Positions 50,425-61,953 of a stretch of DNA of 64,000 nucleotides are shown piece after piece; position 1 is the stretch's first letter; every line of letters starts with the position of its first letter. The position numbers were made by a program, and so were the translations under genes. This DNA is from Squalus acanthias. Lineage: Eukaryota. Under the pieces are notes generated by a model. The model saw only the letters and a program-made list of their open reading frames with translations, was not told the origin of the DNA and ran no database searches. The stretch is taken from the NCBI GenBank assembly GCA_030390025.1, contig CM059431.1, positions 131,008,001-131,072,000 on the forward strand, in the 5' to 3' direction.

Positions 50425-53400
50425 GGGGGAAAAATTCAGTTGCTTTGTGCCTCCCATTAGCACACTAAGAGGGCGCTTATGGGGCACAAAGCAACTAGTG
50501 ACCGGGCACGGCGATGTTTGCGCCACTCGCGAAATTGACCAGACATTTTGCGGCGGCGCTAAATACTACCGCCACGATCTCCTGCGCCCGCAGATCATAA
50601 GAACATAAGAAGATAAGAAATAGGAGCAGGAGTATGCCATTCGGCCCTTCGAGCCTGCTCCGCCATTCAGTGAGATCATGGCTGATCTTCTGCCTCAACT
50701 CCATTCACCGGCCCTATCGCCATATCCCTTGAGGCCCTTACTAGTCAGAAATCTATCGACTTCTGTTTTGAATATACCCAATGACTGAGCCTCCACAGCC
50801 CTCTGGGGTAGAGAATTCCAAAGATTCACCACCCTCTGTGTGAAGAAATTTCTTCTCATCTCAGTCCTGAATGGCCCACCCTTTACCTTGAGGCTGTGGC
50901 CCCTAGTTCTAGACTCCCCAGCTAAGGGAAACATTTTCCCAGCATCCATCCTATCAAGCCCTGTAATAATTTTGTATGCTTCAATGAGATCCCCTCTCAT
51001 TCTTCTGAATTCAAGAGAATACAGGCCTAGTTTACTCAATCACTTCTCATATGACAGTCCCGCCATCCCAGGAATCAATCTTGTGAACCATCGTTGCACT
51101 CCCTCTATGGCAAGTATATCCTTCCTTAGATAAGGAGACCAAAATTGTACACAGTACTCCAGGTGTGGTCTCACCAAGACCCTATATAATTGGAGTAAAA
51201 CTTCTTTACTCCTGTACTCAAATCCTCTTGTAATGAAGGCCAGCATACCATTTGCCTTCCTAATGGTTTGCTGCACCTGCACATTCACTTTCAGTGACTC
51301 ATGTACAAGGACACCCAGGTCCCTTTGAGTATCTGCATTCCCCAATCTTTCACCATTTAGGAAATACTCTGCCTTTTTGTTTTTTCTACCAAAGTGGATA
51401 ACTTCACATTTATCCACATTATATTTCATCTGCCATGTTCTCGCCCACTCACTGAGCCTGTCGAGATCCCCTTGAAGCCTCTTCACATCCTCTTCGCAAC
51501 TGACACTGCCACCTAGCTTTGTATCATCAGCAAATTTGGAAATGTTACATTTAGTCCCCTCATTCAAATCATTGATATAGATTGTGAATAGCTGGGGCCC
51601 AAGAACCGATCCTTGCGGTACCCCACTAGTCACAGCCTGCCATCCTGAAAAAACCCGTTTATCCCTACTCTTTGTTTTCTGTCTGTTAACCAATTCTCAA
51701 TCCATGCTAGTATATTACCCCCAATTCCATGTGCCCTAATTTTGTTCACCAACCTCTTATGTGGGACCTTATTGAAGGCCTTCTGAAAATCCAGATAAAC
51801 CACATCTACTGGTTCCCCTTTATCTACTCCACTAGTTATATCCTCAAAGAACTCCAATAGTTTTGTCAAACAGAATTTCCCTTTCATAAATCCATGTTGA
51901 CTCTGCCCAATCTTACTATTAGTTTCTAAGTGCCCAGTTATTGCATCCTTTATAATAGATTCCAGCATTTTCCCAACTACTGATGTGAGGCTAACAGGTT
52001 TGTAGTTCCCCGTTTTCTCTCTCCCTCCTTTCTTAAATAGCGGGGTTACATTTGCTATCCTCCAATCTGCAGGAACTGTTCCAGAATCTACAGAATTTTG
52101 GAAGATGACAACCAATGCGTCCACTATTCCAATGGCCACCTCTTTCAAAACACTAGGATGTAGGTCATCCAGTCCTTGGGATTGATCGACTTTTAGTCCC
52201 ATTAATTTTGCTAGTACTGTTAGTACTGCTAGGGCAGTGACTAGTGGGGTACCGCAGGGATCGGTCCTAGGTCCCCAGCTATTCACAATATATATTAATG
52301 ATCTAGACGAGGGTATTGGATGTAATATCTCCAAGTTTGCAGATGACACAAAGCTGCGTGGGAGTGTGTGCCATGAGGAGGATGCCGAGAAACTCCAGTA
52401 TGATTTGGATAGGTTGGGTGATTGGGCAGAAGCATGGCAGATGCAATATAATGTGGATAAATGCGAGGTTATCCACTTTGGTGGCAAAAACAGGAAGGCA
52501 GATTATTATCTGAATGGCAATAGATTGGGAGAAGGGGAAGTGCAACAAGACCTGGGTGTCCTTGTGCACCAGTCGCTGAAGGTAAGCATGCAGGTGCAGC
52601 AGGCGGTTAAGAAGGCAAATGGTATGTTGGCCTTCGTAGCGAAAGGGTTCGAGTACAGGAACAAGGATGTCTTGCTGCAGTTGTACAGGGCCTTGGTGAG
52701 ACCACATCTTGAGTATTGTGTGCAGTTTTGGTCGCCTTATCTGAGGAAGGATGTTCTTGCCATGGAGGGAGTGCATCGAAGATTCACCAGGCTGATACCT
52801 GGGATGGCAGGAATGACGTATGAGGAGAGAGTGGGTCGATTGGGCTTATACTCGCTGGAGTTTAGAAGAATGAGAGGGGATCTCATTGAAACTTATAAAA
52901 TTATAGAAACATAGCAGATAGGAGCAGGAGTAGGCCATTCGGCCCCTCGAGCCTGCTCCACCATTCGATGAGGTCATGGCTGATCATCCAAACTCAGTAC
53001 CCTGTACCTGCCTTCTCCCCATATCCCTTGATACCTTTAGCTTTAAGAAATATATCTAACTCATTCTTGAATATATTTAATGACTTGACCTCAACTACCT
53101 TCTGTGGTAGAGAATTCCACAGGTTCACCACTCTCTGGGTGAAGAAATTCTTCCTCATTTCTGTCCTAAATTGCTTACCCCTTATCCTTAGATTATGACC
53201 CCTGGTTCTGGACTCTCCGACCATCGGGAACATTCTTCCTGCATCTAGTTTGTCCAGACCTGTCAGAATTTTATATGTTTTGATGAGATCCCCTCTCATT
53301 CTTCTATACTCCAGCGAGTATAAGCCCAATCGACCCAATCTCTCCTCATATGTCATTCCTGCCATCCCAGGTATCAGCCTTGTGAATCTTCGCTGAACTC

Positions 53401-56400
53401 CTTCCATGGCAAGAACATCCTTCCTCAGATAAGGCGACCAAAACTGCACACAGTACTCAAGGTGTGGTCTCACCAAGGCCCTGTACAACTGCAGCAGGAC
53501 ATCCCTGTTCCTATACTCAAACCCTTTCGCTATGAAGGCCAACATACCATTTGCCTTCTTCACCGCCTGCTGCACCTGCATGCTTACCTTCAGCGACTGG
53601 TGTACAAGGACACCCAGGTTTCGTTGCACTTCCCCTTCTCCCAATCTATTGCCATTCAGATAATAGTCTGCCTTTCTGTTTTTGACACCAAAGTGGATAA
53701 CCTCGCATTTATCCATGTTATATTGCATCTGCCACGCTTCTGCCCACTCACCCAACCTATCCAAATCATCTTGGAGTTTCTCGGTATCCTCCTCGCAGCA
53801 CACACGCCCACCCAGCTTTGTGTCATCTGCAAACTTGGAGATATTACATTTATTTCCCTTATCTAGATCATTAATGTATATTGTGAATAGCTGGGGTCCA
53901 AGGACCGATCCCTGCGGTACCCCACCCCACTAGTCACTGCCTGCCACTCGGAAAAAGATCCATTAATTCCTACTCTCTGCTTTCTGTCCGCCAACCAGTT
54001 CTCTATCCAAGTCAATACCTTGCCCCCAATCCCATGTGCCTTAACTTTACACGCTAATCTCTTATGCGGGACCTTATCGAAAGCCTTTTGAAAGTCCAAA
54101 TACACCACAACTACTGGTTCTCCCTTATCTATTTTCCCAGTTCCATCCTCAAAAAATTCCAGTAGATTAGTCAAGCACGATTTACCTTTTGTAAATCCAT
54201 GTTGACTTTGTCCGATCCTGTCACTGTTTTTCAAGTGCTCAGCTATTACATCCTTTATAATGGACTCTAGCATTTTCCCCACTACCGATGTCAGGCTTAC
54301 CGGTCTGTAATTCCCCACTTTCTCTCTACCACCCTTTTTGAATAGTGGGGTAACATTAGCTACCCTCCAATCCATGGGTACAGTTCCAGATTCCATCGAA
54401 TGTTGGAAGATGATCAGCAATGGATCTACTATTTCTAGGGCCACTTCCTTAAGTACCCTAGGATGTAGATTATCAGGCCCTGGGGATTTATCGGCCTTCA
54501 ATCCCATCAATTTCCCTAACACCATTTCCCTGCAAATACTGATTTCTTTCAGTTCCTCCCTTTCATCAGACCCTATGTTCTCCAACATCTCTGGGAGGTT
54601 ATTTGTGTCCTCCTTTGTGAAGACAGAACCAAAATATGCATTTAATTGGTCTGCCATTTCTTTGTTCCCCATTATAACTTCCCCCGCTTCTGACTGCAAG
54701 GGACCTACACTTGATTTCACTAATCTTTTTCTCTTCACATATCTATAAAAGCTCTTACAGTCAGTTTTTATGTTCCCTGCAAGCTTACTTTCATATTCTA
54801 TTTTCCCCTTCTTAATTAATCCCTTTGTCCTAATTCTAACAGGACTAGACAGACTAGATGCAGGAAGGATGTTCCCGATAGTCGGGGAGTCCAGAACCAG
54901 GGGTCACAGTCTAAGGATAAGGGGTAAGCCATTTAGGACTGTGATGAGGAGGAATTTCTTCACCCAGAGAGTGGTGAACCTGTGGAATTCTCTACCACAG
55001 AAGGCAGTAGAGGCCAATTCATTAAATATATTCAAGAACGAGTTAGATATATTTCTTAAAGCTAAAGGGATCAAGGGATATGGGGAGAAGGCAGGGACAG
55101 GGTACTGAATTTGGATGATCAGCCATGATCTCATTGAATGGCGGAGCAGGCTCGAGGGGCTGAATGGCCTACTCTTGCTCCTATCTTCTATATTTCTATG
55201 TTTCTATGTTTTTTACGAATAATAATTTCTTTAAGTTCCTCATTCTCGTCACACCCTTGGGTTTCTCGTATTTCTGGGAGGTTTTTTGTGTCTTCCTCCG
55301 TGAAGACAGAAACAAAGTAATTATTTAATTTCTTGGCCATTTCCTCATTCCCCATTATAAATTCTCCTGTCTCTGACTGTAAAGGACCTACATTTACCTT
55401 CGCCAGTCTTTTCCTTTTCACATACCTATAGAAGCTTTTACAATCCATTTTTATATTTTTCGCTAGTTTGTGCTCATATTCCATTTTCCCTATCTTTATC
55501 AATTTCTTGGTCCCCCTTTGCTAATTTCTAAAAAGACCGCATTTTCTGGCAACTTTATAAGCTTCCTCCTTTGACTTAATACTAGCTTTAATTTTTTTTG
55601 TAAACCATGTTTGGATCACTTTTCCTTTTGGGTTTTTATGCCCTAGAGGAACATATGTTTGTTGCAAATTATGCATTATTTCCTTGAATGTTAGCCATTG
55701 TATGTCCACATGCATACCTTTTAGTGTAGTCTCCCAATTTACCATGGCCAACTTGTCCCTCATACCCTTGTCGTTTCCTCTGTTTAGATTGAAGACCTTA
55801 GTTTCAGATTGGACTACATCACTCTGAAACTTAATGTAAAATTCAATCATATTATGGTCACTTATCTCTAAAGGCCCCTTTACCACAAGATTATTGATTA
55901 GCCCTTTCTCATTACAGAGTACCAGATCCAGAATAGCCTCTTCCCTGGTTGGTTCCTCCACATACTGATCCAGGATACCATCTCGCATGCATTCCAAGAA
56001 TTCGTCCTCCACACCATTAGTGGTAATTTGATTTGCCCAGTCAATATGTAGATTAAAGTCCCCCGTGATTACCGTATTGCCCTTGTTACATGCTCTTCTA
56101 ATCTCTTGATTGATACTGTGCCCTACATTACCATTACTGTTTGGTGGCCTATACACAACTCCCACCAATGTTTTCCGCCCTTTGCTGTTTCTTAGCTCTA
56201 CCCAAACCGATTCCAGTTCTACATCACGATCTGCCAAGCCAAGATCTTTTATCTCATCCCTTATTAACAGTGCTATGCCACCTCCTTTTCCTTTTTGTCT
56301 GTTCTTCCTAAATGTTGAGTACCCTGGAACATTCAGTTCCCAGCTTTGGTTACCCTGCAACCATGTCTCTGTAATGGCAATTACATCATACCCATTTACT

Positions 56401-58028
56401 TCTATTAGTGCCATTAATTCATCCACCTTGTTGCAACTGCTACGTTCATTTAGATAAAGTGCCTTCAACTTTGCCTGTTTCATATTTTTCTGCACTTTGA
56501 CCCTCTTTATTGTTGGCCTTTGTTTCTGCTCCCTACTAGTTTTGCTGGCTACTTTTCTAACTTGCACTTCCAGCTTTGTTTCTCTCCATTCTGGGCCCAC
56601 ACTTAGGTTCCCAGCCCCCTGACAAACTAGTTTAAATCCTTCCCAACAGCACTAGTAAACCCCCCTGTGAGGATGTTGGTCCCGTTTCTGCCGAGGTGTA
56701 ACCCGTCCAGCTTGTACAGGTCCTACCTTCCCCAGAATCGGTCCCAATGCCTCAGGAATTTAAATCCCTCTCTCCTACACCATCTCTCCAGCCACGCATT
56801 CATCTGGTCTATTCTCCTATTTCTGCTCTCGCTACCACGTGGCACTGGGAGCAATCCTGAGATTACTACCTTTGAGGTACTGCTTTTTAATTTATTTCAT
56901 AGCTCCCTATATTCTGCTTGCAGGACCTCGTCCCTCTTTCTACCTATGTCGTTGGTACTGATATGGATCTGGCTGTTGACCCTCCCCCTTCAGAATGTCC
57001 TGCAGCCGCTCAGTGACATCCTTGACCTTGGCACCAGGGAGGCAACATACCATCCTGGAGTCACGTCTGCGGCCACAGAAACGTCTATCTGTTCCCCTTA
57101 CGATAGAATCCTCTATCACTATTGCTCTCCCACTCTTTTTCCTCCCCTCCTGTGCAGCTGAGCCACTCGTAGTGCCACGGACTGGGCTCTTGCTGCATTC
57201 CCCTGAGAAACCATCTCCCCCAGCAGTATCCAAAAATGAAATCTGTTGGAGAGGGAGATCGACCCAGGGGACTACTGCACTACCTTCCTAGTTCTTTTAC
57301 TCTGTCTGGTGGTCACCCATTCCCTGTGCAACGCCCCGGTAGCGTCCCGGACCGGATATTGAGTGGCGCCCCCTGCCTTACCGCCTGCCGCTAGCAACGA
57401 CAGGTTGAGGGGAGCGCTTTGCAGTCGGGAATGGACTGGGGGAGCGCTATTTAAAGGTGACCACTTCCTGCCTTTTTTTGTCGGTGACATTTTTGCACCA
57501 CGCATTCTGAGAGAGAGAGAGAGAGACTTCTGGAGAGATTCAACGCTGTGTGAAGGAGTTTTGGGTACTGAGCAGCACTTTGCAGGTTCATTTTGATTTG
57601 ACCTTCCTTGCATCGATTTAGAAGACTATGGGGGCAGCCATCTGAGCTCTTTCCCTGGGCCTCTCCATTGTTCTTTCCAGCAGATTTGATGTACAGGTCT
57701 CTCCAGGCCGAGATTCAAGGCTGCAATGAGCAGGGTGTGGATGGAGAGCAAGATCAACCCTCCCTTTAAGAACTGGCTGAGGCCATTGTGTCTGTGTTCC
57801 ATTGCTGACTGACATCACCTGAGCTTCGCCAGCGCTCTGAGGTAGCGCCTCGATCCTCGGCGTTAGCCACTTAAGAGAGGTGTGTAGCGCCTGATTTAGC
57901 GCTCCAAGCACCTCCAGCGGCGATAAAAGTCAAGTTTGCAGTCGGAGGCGATAATGAGCGCCAGGCACTAAACTTTGCGCCCGGCCGATAATTGCGCCCC
58001 AAACGGGGTGATACCGAATTTCTCCCCC
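50425..58028 (+). mobile_element. MITE family A split by nested CR1s (halves 50425-50596 and 57326-58028)
   Basis: TIRs at both ends with TSD AAT inside a CR1 (50308-50424 / 58029-58215). The halves join with ~16 bp lost. Confidence 0.92.
50597..57325 (-). mobile_element. Near full-length CR1 (ORF1 SGNH esterase, APE, RT) containing two nested CR1s
   Basis: Outer copy 50597-~52215 plus ~55213-57325 (AIVIEDSIVRG, AITETW, FADD). Plus-strand copy ~52230-52902 plus 54831-55212. Innermost minus copy ~52903-54830. Confidence 0.9.
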
Positions 58029-58227
58029 AATATATTTAGATTTTCAGAAGGCATTCAATAAGGTACCACAAAAGAGATTGCTACACAAGATTAAAGCTCA
58101 TGGGATAGGGGTTAATATACTAGCATGGATTGAGGATTGGTTAATGGACAGAAAACAGAGAGTAGGAATAAATGGGTCATTTTCAAGATGGCAGGGTGTA
58201 ACTAGTGCAGTGGAGTGAAGGAATATA

Positions 58228-58685
58228 GGGGGGAAAATTCAGTATCACCCCGTTTGGGGTGCAATTATCGACCGGGCGCAAAGATTAGCGCCTGGCAGTA
58301 ATTATCGTCTCCGACTGCAAACTTGACTTTTATCGCCCCTGGAGGTGATTGGAGCGCTAAATCAGGCGCTTCACACCTCTCTTAAGGTGCAAAGGCCGAG
58401 GAGCGAGGCGCTACCTCAGAGCGCTGGCGAAGCTCATGTGATGTCAGTCAGCAATGGAACACAAACACTGGCGCCGGCCAGTTCTTAAAGGGGAGGGTTG
58501 ATCTTGCTTTCCATCCACATCCTGCTCATTGCAGCCTTGAATCTCGGCCTGGAGAGACCTGTACATCAAATCTGCTGGAAAGAACAATGGAGAGAACCAG
58601 GGAAAGAGCTCAGAGTGCAACCCCCACAGTCTCTTCTAAATCGATACAAGGAAGGGCAAATCAAAATGAACCTGCAAAGTGCTGC
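58228..58685 (-). mobile_element. MITE family A, right half (partner of 5450-5886)
   Basis: TIR follows ATA and the sequence stops at ...aaagtgctgc, the position where the left half stops, with gcag duplicated. Confidence 0.92.
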
Positions 58686-60162
58686 TGTAAGATTCTCAAA
58701 ATTCACAGATCCCCCAAAACTCAAAGACGAACCCTAAGGAAAAAGACTTTGGACTCTTTTCTAACTATTACAGGGTGGTGAAGTGCATGGGGCCTAAGCG
58801 AAGGACATTTTGAAGATTTGGTATTTTAAAAGACATGTCTAGGCTTGTACGGGAGAAAAGGCTGTGAAGGAAGGTGGGATCAAACTCTGTAAAAACAGTT
58901 TGGGTATTGGAGTTAATGGAAACTGTCTGGGGAACCGCATGACCTCGCTGGGAGTTAAATCGGCCCCTATCAGACATTAACATCTTACAATAAACCCGAG
59001 GAAAAGTACTCTCCCCCCCAATTTACAGAGCCCATTAAAAACATGCATAAAACAGATCACTTCGGCCTACTCTATAGAAATCCTAGGCCCAGTCAAGAAA
59101 CCCAAAACTTGAGGACTATCAACTACGATTAAGCGGCAAATCGACAGGATGAAGCCATCCCGAAACCACTTCACACCTTAACAAACAAGTTGCCGTTAAC
59201 GAGCCCGCCAAAATCTAACAATGACCGAGATCTGATTTGGCGCGCAGATAAGGAAGCTTCAAGTAGTATAATTGAAGGCCCATTCTCAACCTGAAAAAGA
59301 AGAAGAGGAAGGAAGAACAACAAGACATCCACGGAGGCATTCTTCGCAACACAGTTTCTCCAGCACCACCGTTTAGCGTTCCGTGTCCAGCCAGGAGGTC
59401 GACAGCTCGAAGGCCAGACTATCCAACAAAGTAGGCCGACACGTGGAAGAAACCAGAACGACTGCCTCAGTGACCATCGGACACCTCGCGGCAACAAGGT
59501 CCTCACGAAACCAACTAACCGAACACCAAGTACCAATATTGGGCCACCGCGACCAAAGAAAACCAACTCGAAGAAAAACCGAAGATCTGCAAAGTTTCCA
59601 CTCTACAATCTACTCCTGACTTACCCCTGGGTAAGATTTTCCCTAAAAAGCTCTAAACCCTACTTCTAAACCAAAGAAAACTGGGTACTCACCTGATAGA
59701 TCCAATACGCACCCTACCGCATCAGCATACTCGCGAAGACTGACCAGATACGCAGTTGAAGTCCTCTACCTCGTACGGGGTATGGCAGACACCAACCAAC
59801 ATATAGCGCGAACCCCAAAACCGCGAACTAGCCCAACTGTCAAGGATTCTGGTGAGTATCATCCCTGGTCCTCTGGAGTCCAACCTAGCTAGTGAAGTGG
59901 GATTGGGAGGGGTGAAGTATTCTTCTAATGTTATTTCCCTCGCTTGTACCGAAGTGTTCCCCACTTTTAGAGTGTAAAGAGTGTTTGTGTTGTGTTTTAC
60001 TTTCTTGAATAAAGATCAAAGTTCTTGCATCAAAACCAGTTGTCTGCTGCACTTTTTGTCACAACCCCCAAATAAGTCCAAGGTCTAGAACCAAGGGTGT
60101 GGGAGTGATTCGAACCGCTCAGAAGTCAGAGGCGAAGCTGACACAAACCACCACCCCCTACA
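58686..60162 (+). mobile_element. 5' LTR (family B, 1477 bp) of the provirus
   Basis: TGtaag...ccctaCA termini, aataaa at ~60008, immediately followed by gag. Confidence 0.92.
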
Positions 60163-60178
60163 AAAGGGATGTGATGCA

Positions 60179-61953
60179 GTGGAAACTGTTTTTGAGGAGA
60201 GAACCAAGATGGAAGAGAGGATTTCCTCATATGTGTTTGAGAAAGTGAACATAACCAAGAAATGGGTACTTAGTCTGTTGCGTGCTGAGCGTCCAATAGA
60301 CGCTGCAGCTAAATGGACTGAGAGCAAGGACCACAAGAAATCTGTGGAAAAGGCCAGCTGGTTGATCTGCTCCCAGCGACAGATCCAGCTGTTAGACAAA
60401 CGTGTTGAGGCACTTAAGGCAGAGCTGCAGGAGTCTGCTCAGCTGTCTCAAGCAAGGGCCCTAGCAGGGGAAACATTACTGAATGAACTAACCACCCGAA
60501 ATCAGGCAAAAATGCAGCTAGTGGGAACGCATAGAAACAGGCAAGAATATTTTCAGTGTCAGGTCACCGAAGCTAAAACCAGTGAACTGGTGTTACGGGA
60601 AGAGAACGCCCGCCTGGCCAAACAAGTAAGAGAGCAGGAGGGGAGGTTGAGACACGTCCAGGCAGCTTACAAGATAGCAAGCACTAGGGTGTATGAGGCG
60701 GGAGATCACGGCCCCTGCCAGAAACAAATCGAGAGTTTGAACCTTGCTCTGTCCAGGGCGAAAGGCATGGTATGCCTACTAAGCCCGGGTGCGGCCCGGG
60801 TGGACCTAGAGGGGCAGGGGGAAACTGTTCGGATGCCACCTGTGGTGCCGGGCAATGACCCGGTCTGGCAGCAGGAGGGACGGGCGATTTGTGAGGCTGG
60901 CAGGGAGTGCACACCACCACCTGTGGCGTCGGGTTTTGACTCGGTTTGGCAGCAGGGAGGGGAGGGCGAACCAATGTAGGAAAGGTCGGAGCCGGGGCCG
61001 ATGTGCCCGGTCCAGCAGCAAAAGTTTGGCCTGCCCGGGGGTGGTGGGGGTCAAGGACCCCTTGAAAGCCAATTCGTGGCTCCCCATGGCACCCAACAGC
61101 TTAGGGTTATGATAAGCCACCTGGGCAAGCTCACCCAAAAGGGGGACTCCTCGGTCCACTTCATGGAAGTGGAACAGGCAGCGGGCATCAACGACTGCGA
61201 TGATGCGATGGCAAAAATGCTCCTGTTCTCCCTAGATAGCAAAATCTACCAGTCCCTCTCCGCAGAGAGTAAAAGAGGGCAGGGTGGATACGCCGCTATC
61301 CGGGAGGGAGTTCTGGAGGCGATGGGAATGAATGATGGTAGTTCCTTCTCCGGGTGGAAAAGACAACCCAGCTAGTAGGGGAGACCCCACAGGCTTTCGT
61401 AGACCGACTGTGACCTGTGTACAGGAGTGCCTGTAATGGGGCTCTCGACCAGGCTCACCTGAATCAGGATGAGCTGGCCCACTGGCTCCGAAGTCTAGTG
61501 GCAAACAGCTTGCCACGGATCAGGGCCAAGGCTGAGCTGTGGTTTGACCCGAAAGACCCCCGGGTCACCGAGGAGACAGTGGTCAAACAACTGACCCTGG
61601 CTTACCGGAACGGTAGAGGGACAGAAGAGCACCCACCTAAGGGAAAGGTACACAAAATAAAGCCTAGTAAGAAGAAAGAGTGGCACCAGGAAGGGGGTAA
61701 CCCTTCCGACACGAAGCGTAACTGCTTCGGGTGCGGGAAGAGTGGGCATTGGAGAAAAGACTGTAGGAATCCGTGGAAGGATAACATAGGGAAGAACTCC
61801 CCAACTCCTGCCCCAAGCACCGAAGCACCGACCTCTTCCCCCACGTTAGACTCGGTCATGGCTGCGAGCCGAGCTCTAGTAAACGGCCCAGGGAAAGTAG
61901 CCACCGCCACTGGTGCTTTCATCCCATCTGCCCCCCCTAACGCAGACTTATGA
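60179..61953 (+). pseudogene. gag: gag (frameshifted) with CCHC zinc knuckle
   Basis: Three consecutive ORF pieces: coiled-coil-like N-terminus, capsid-like middle and CFGCGKSGHWRKDC. Confidence 0.85.
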
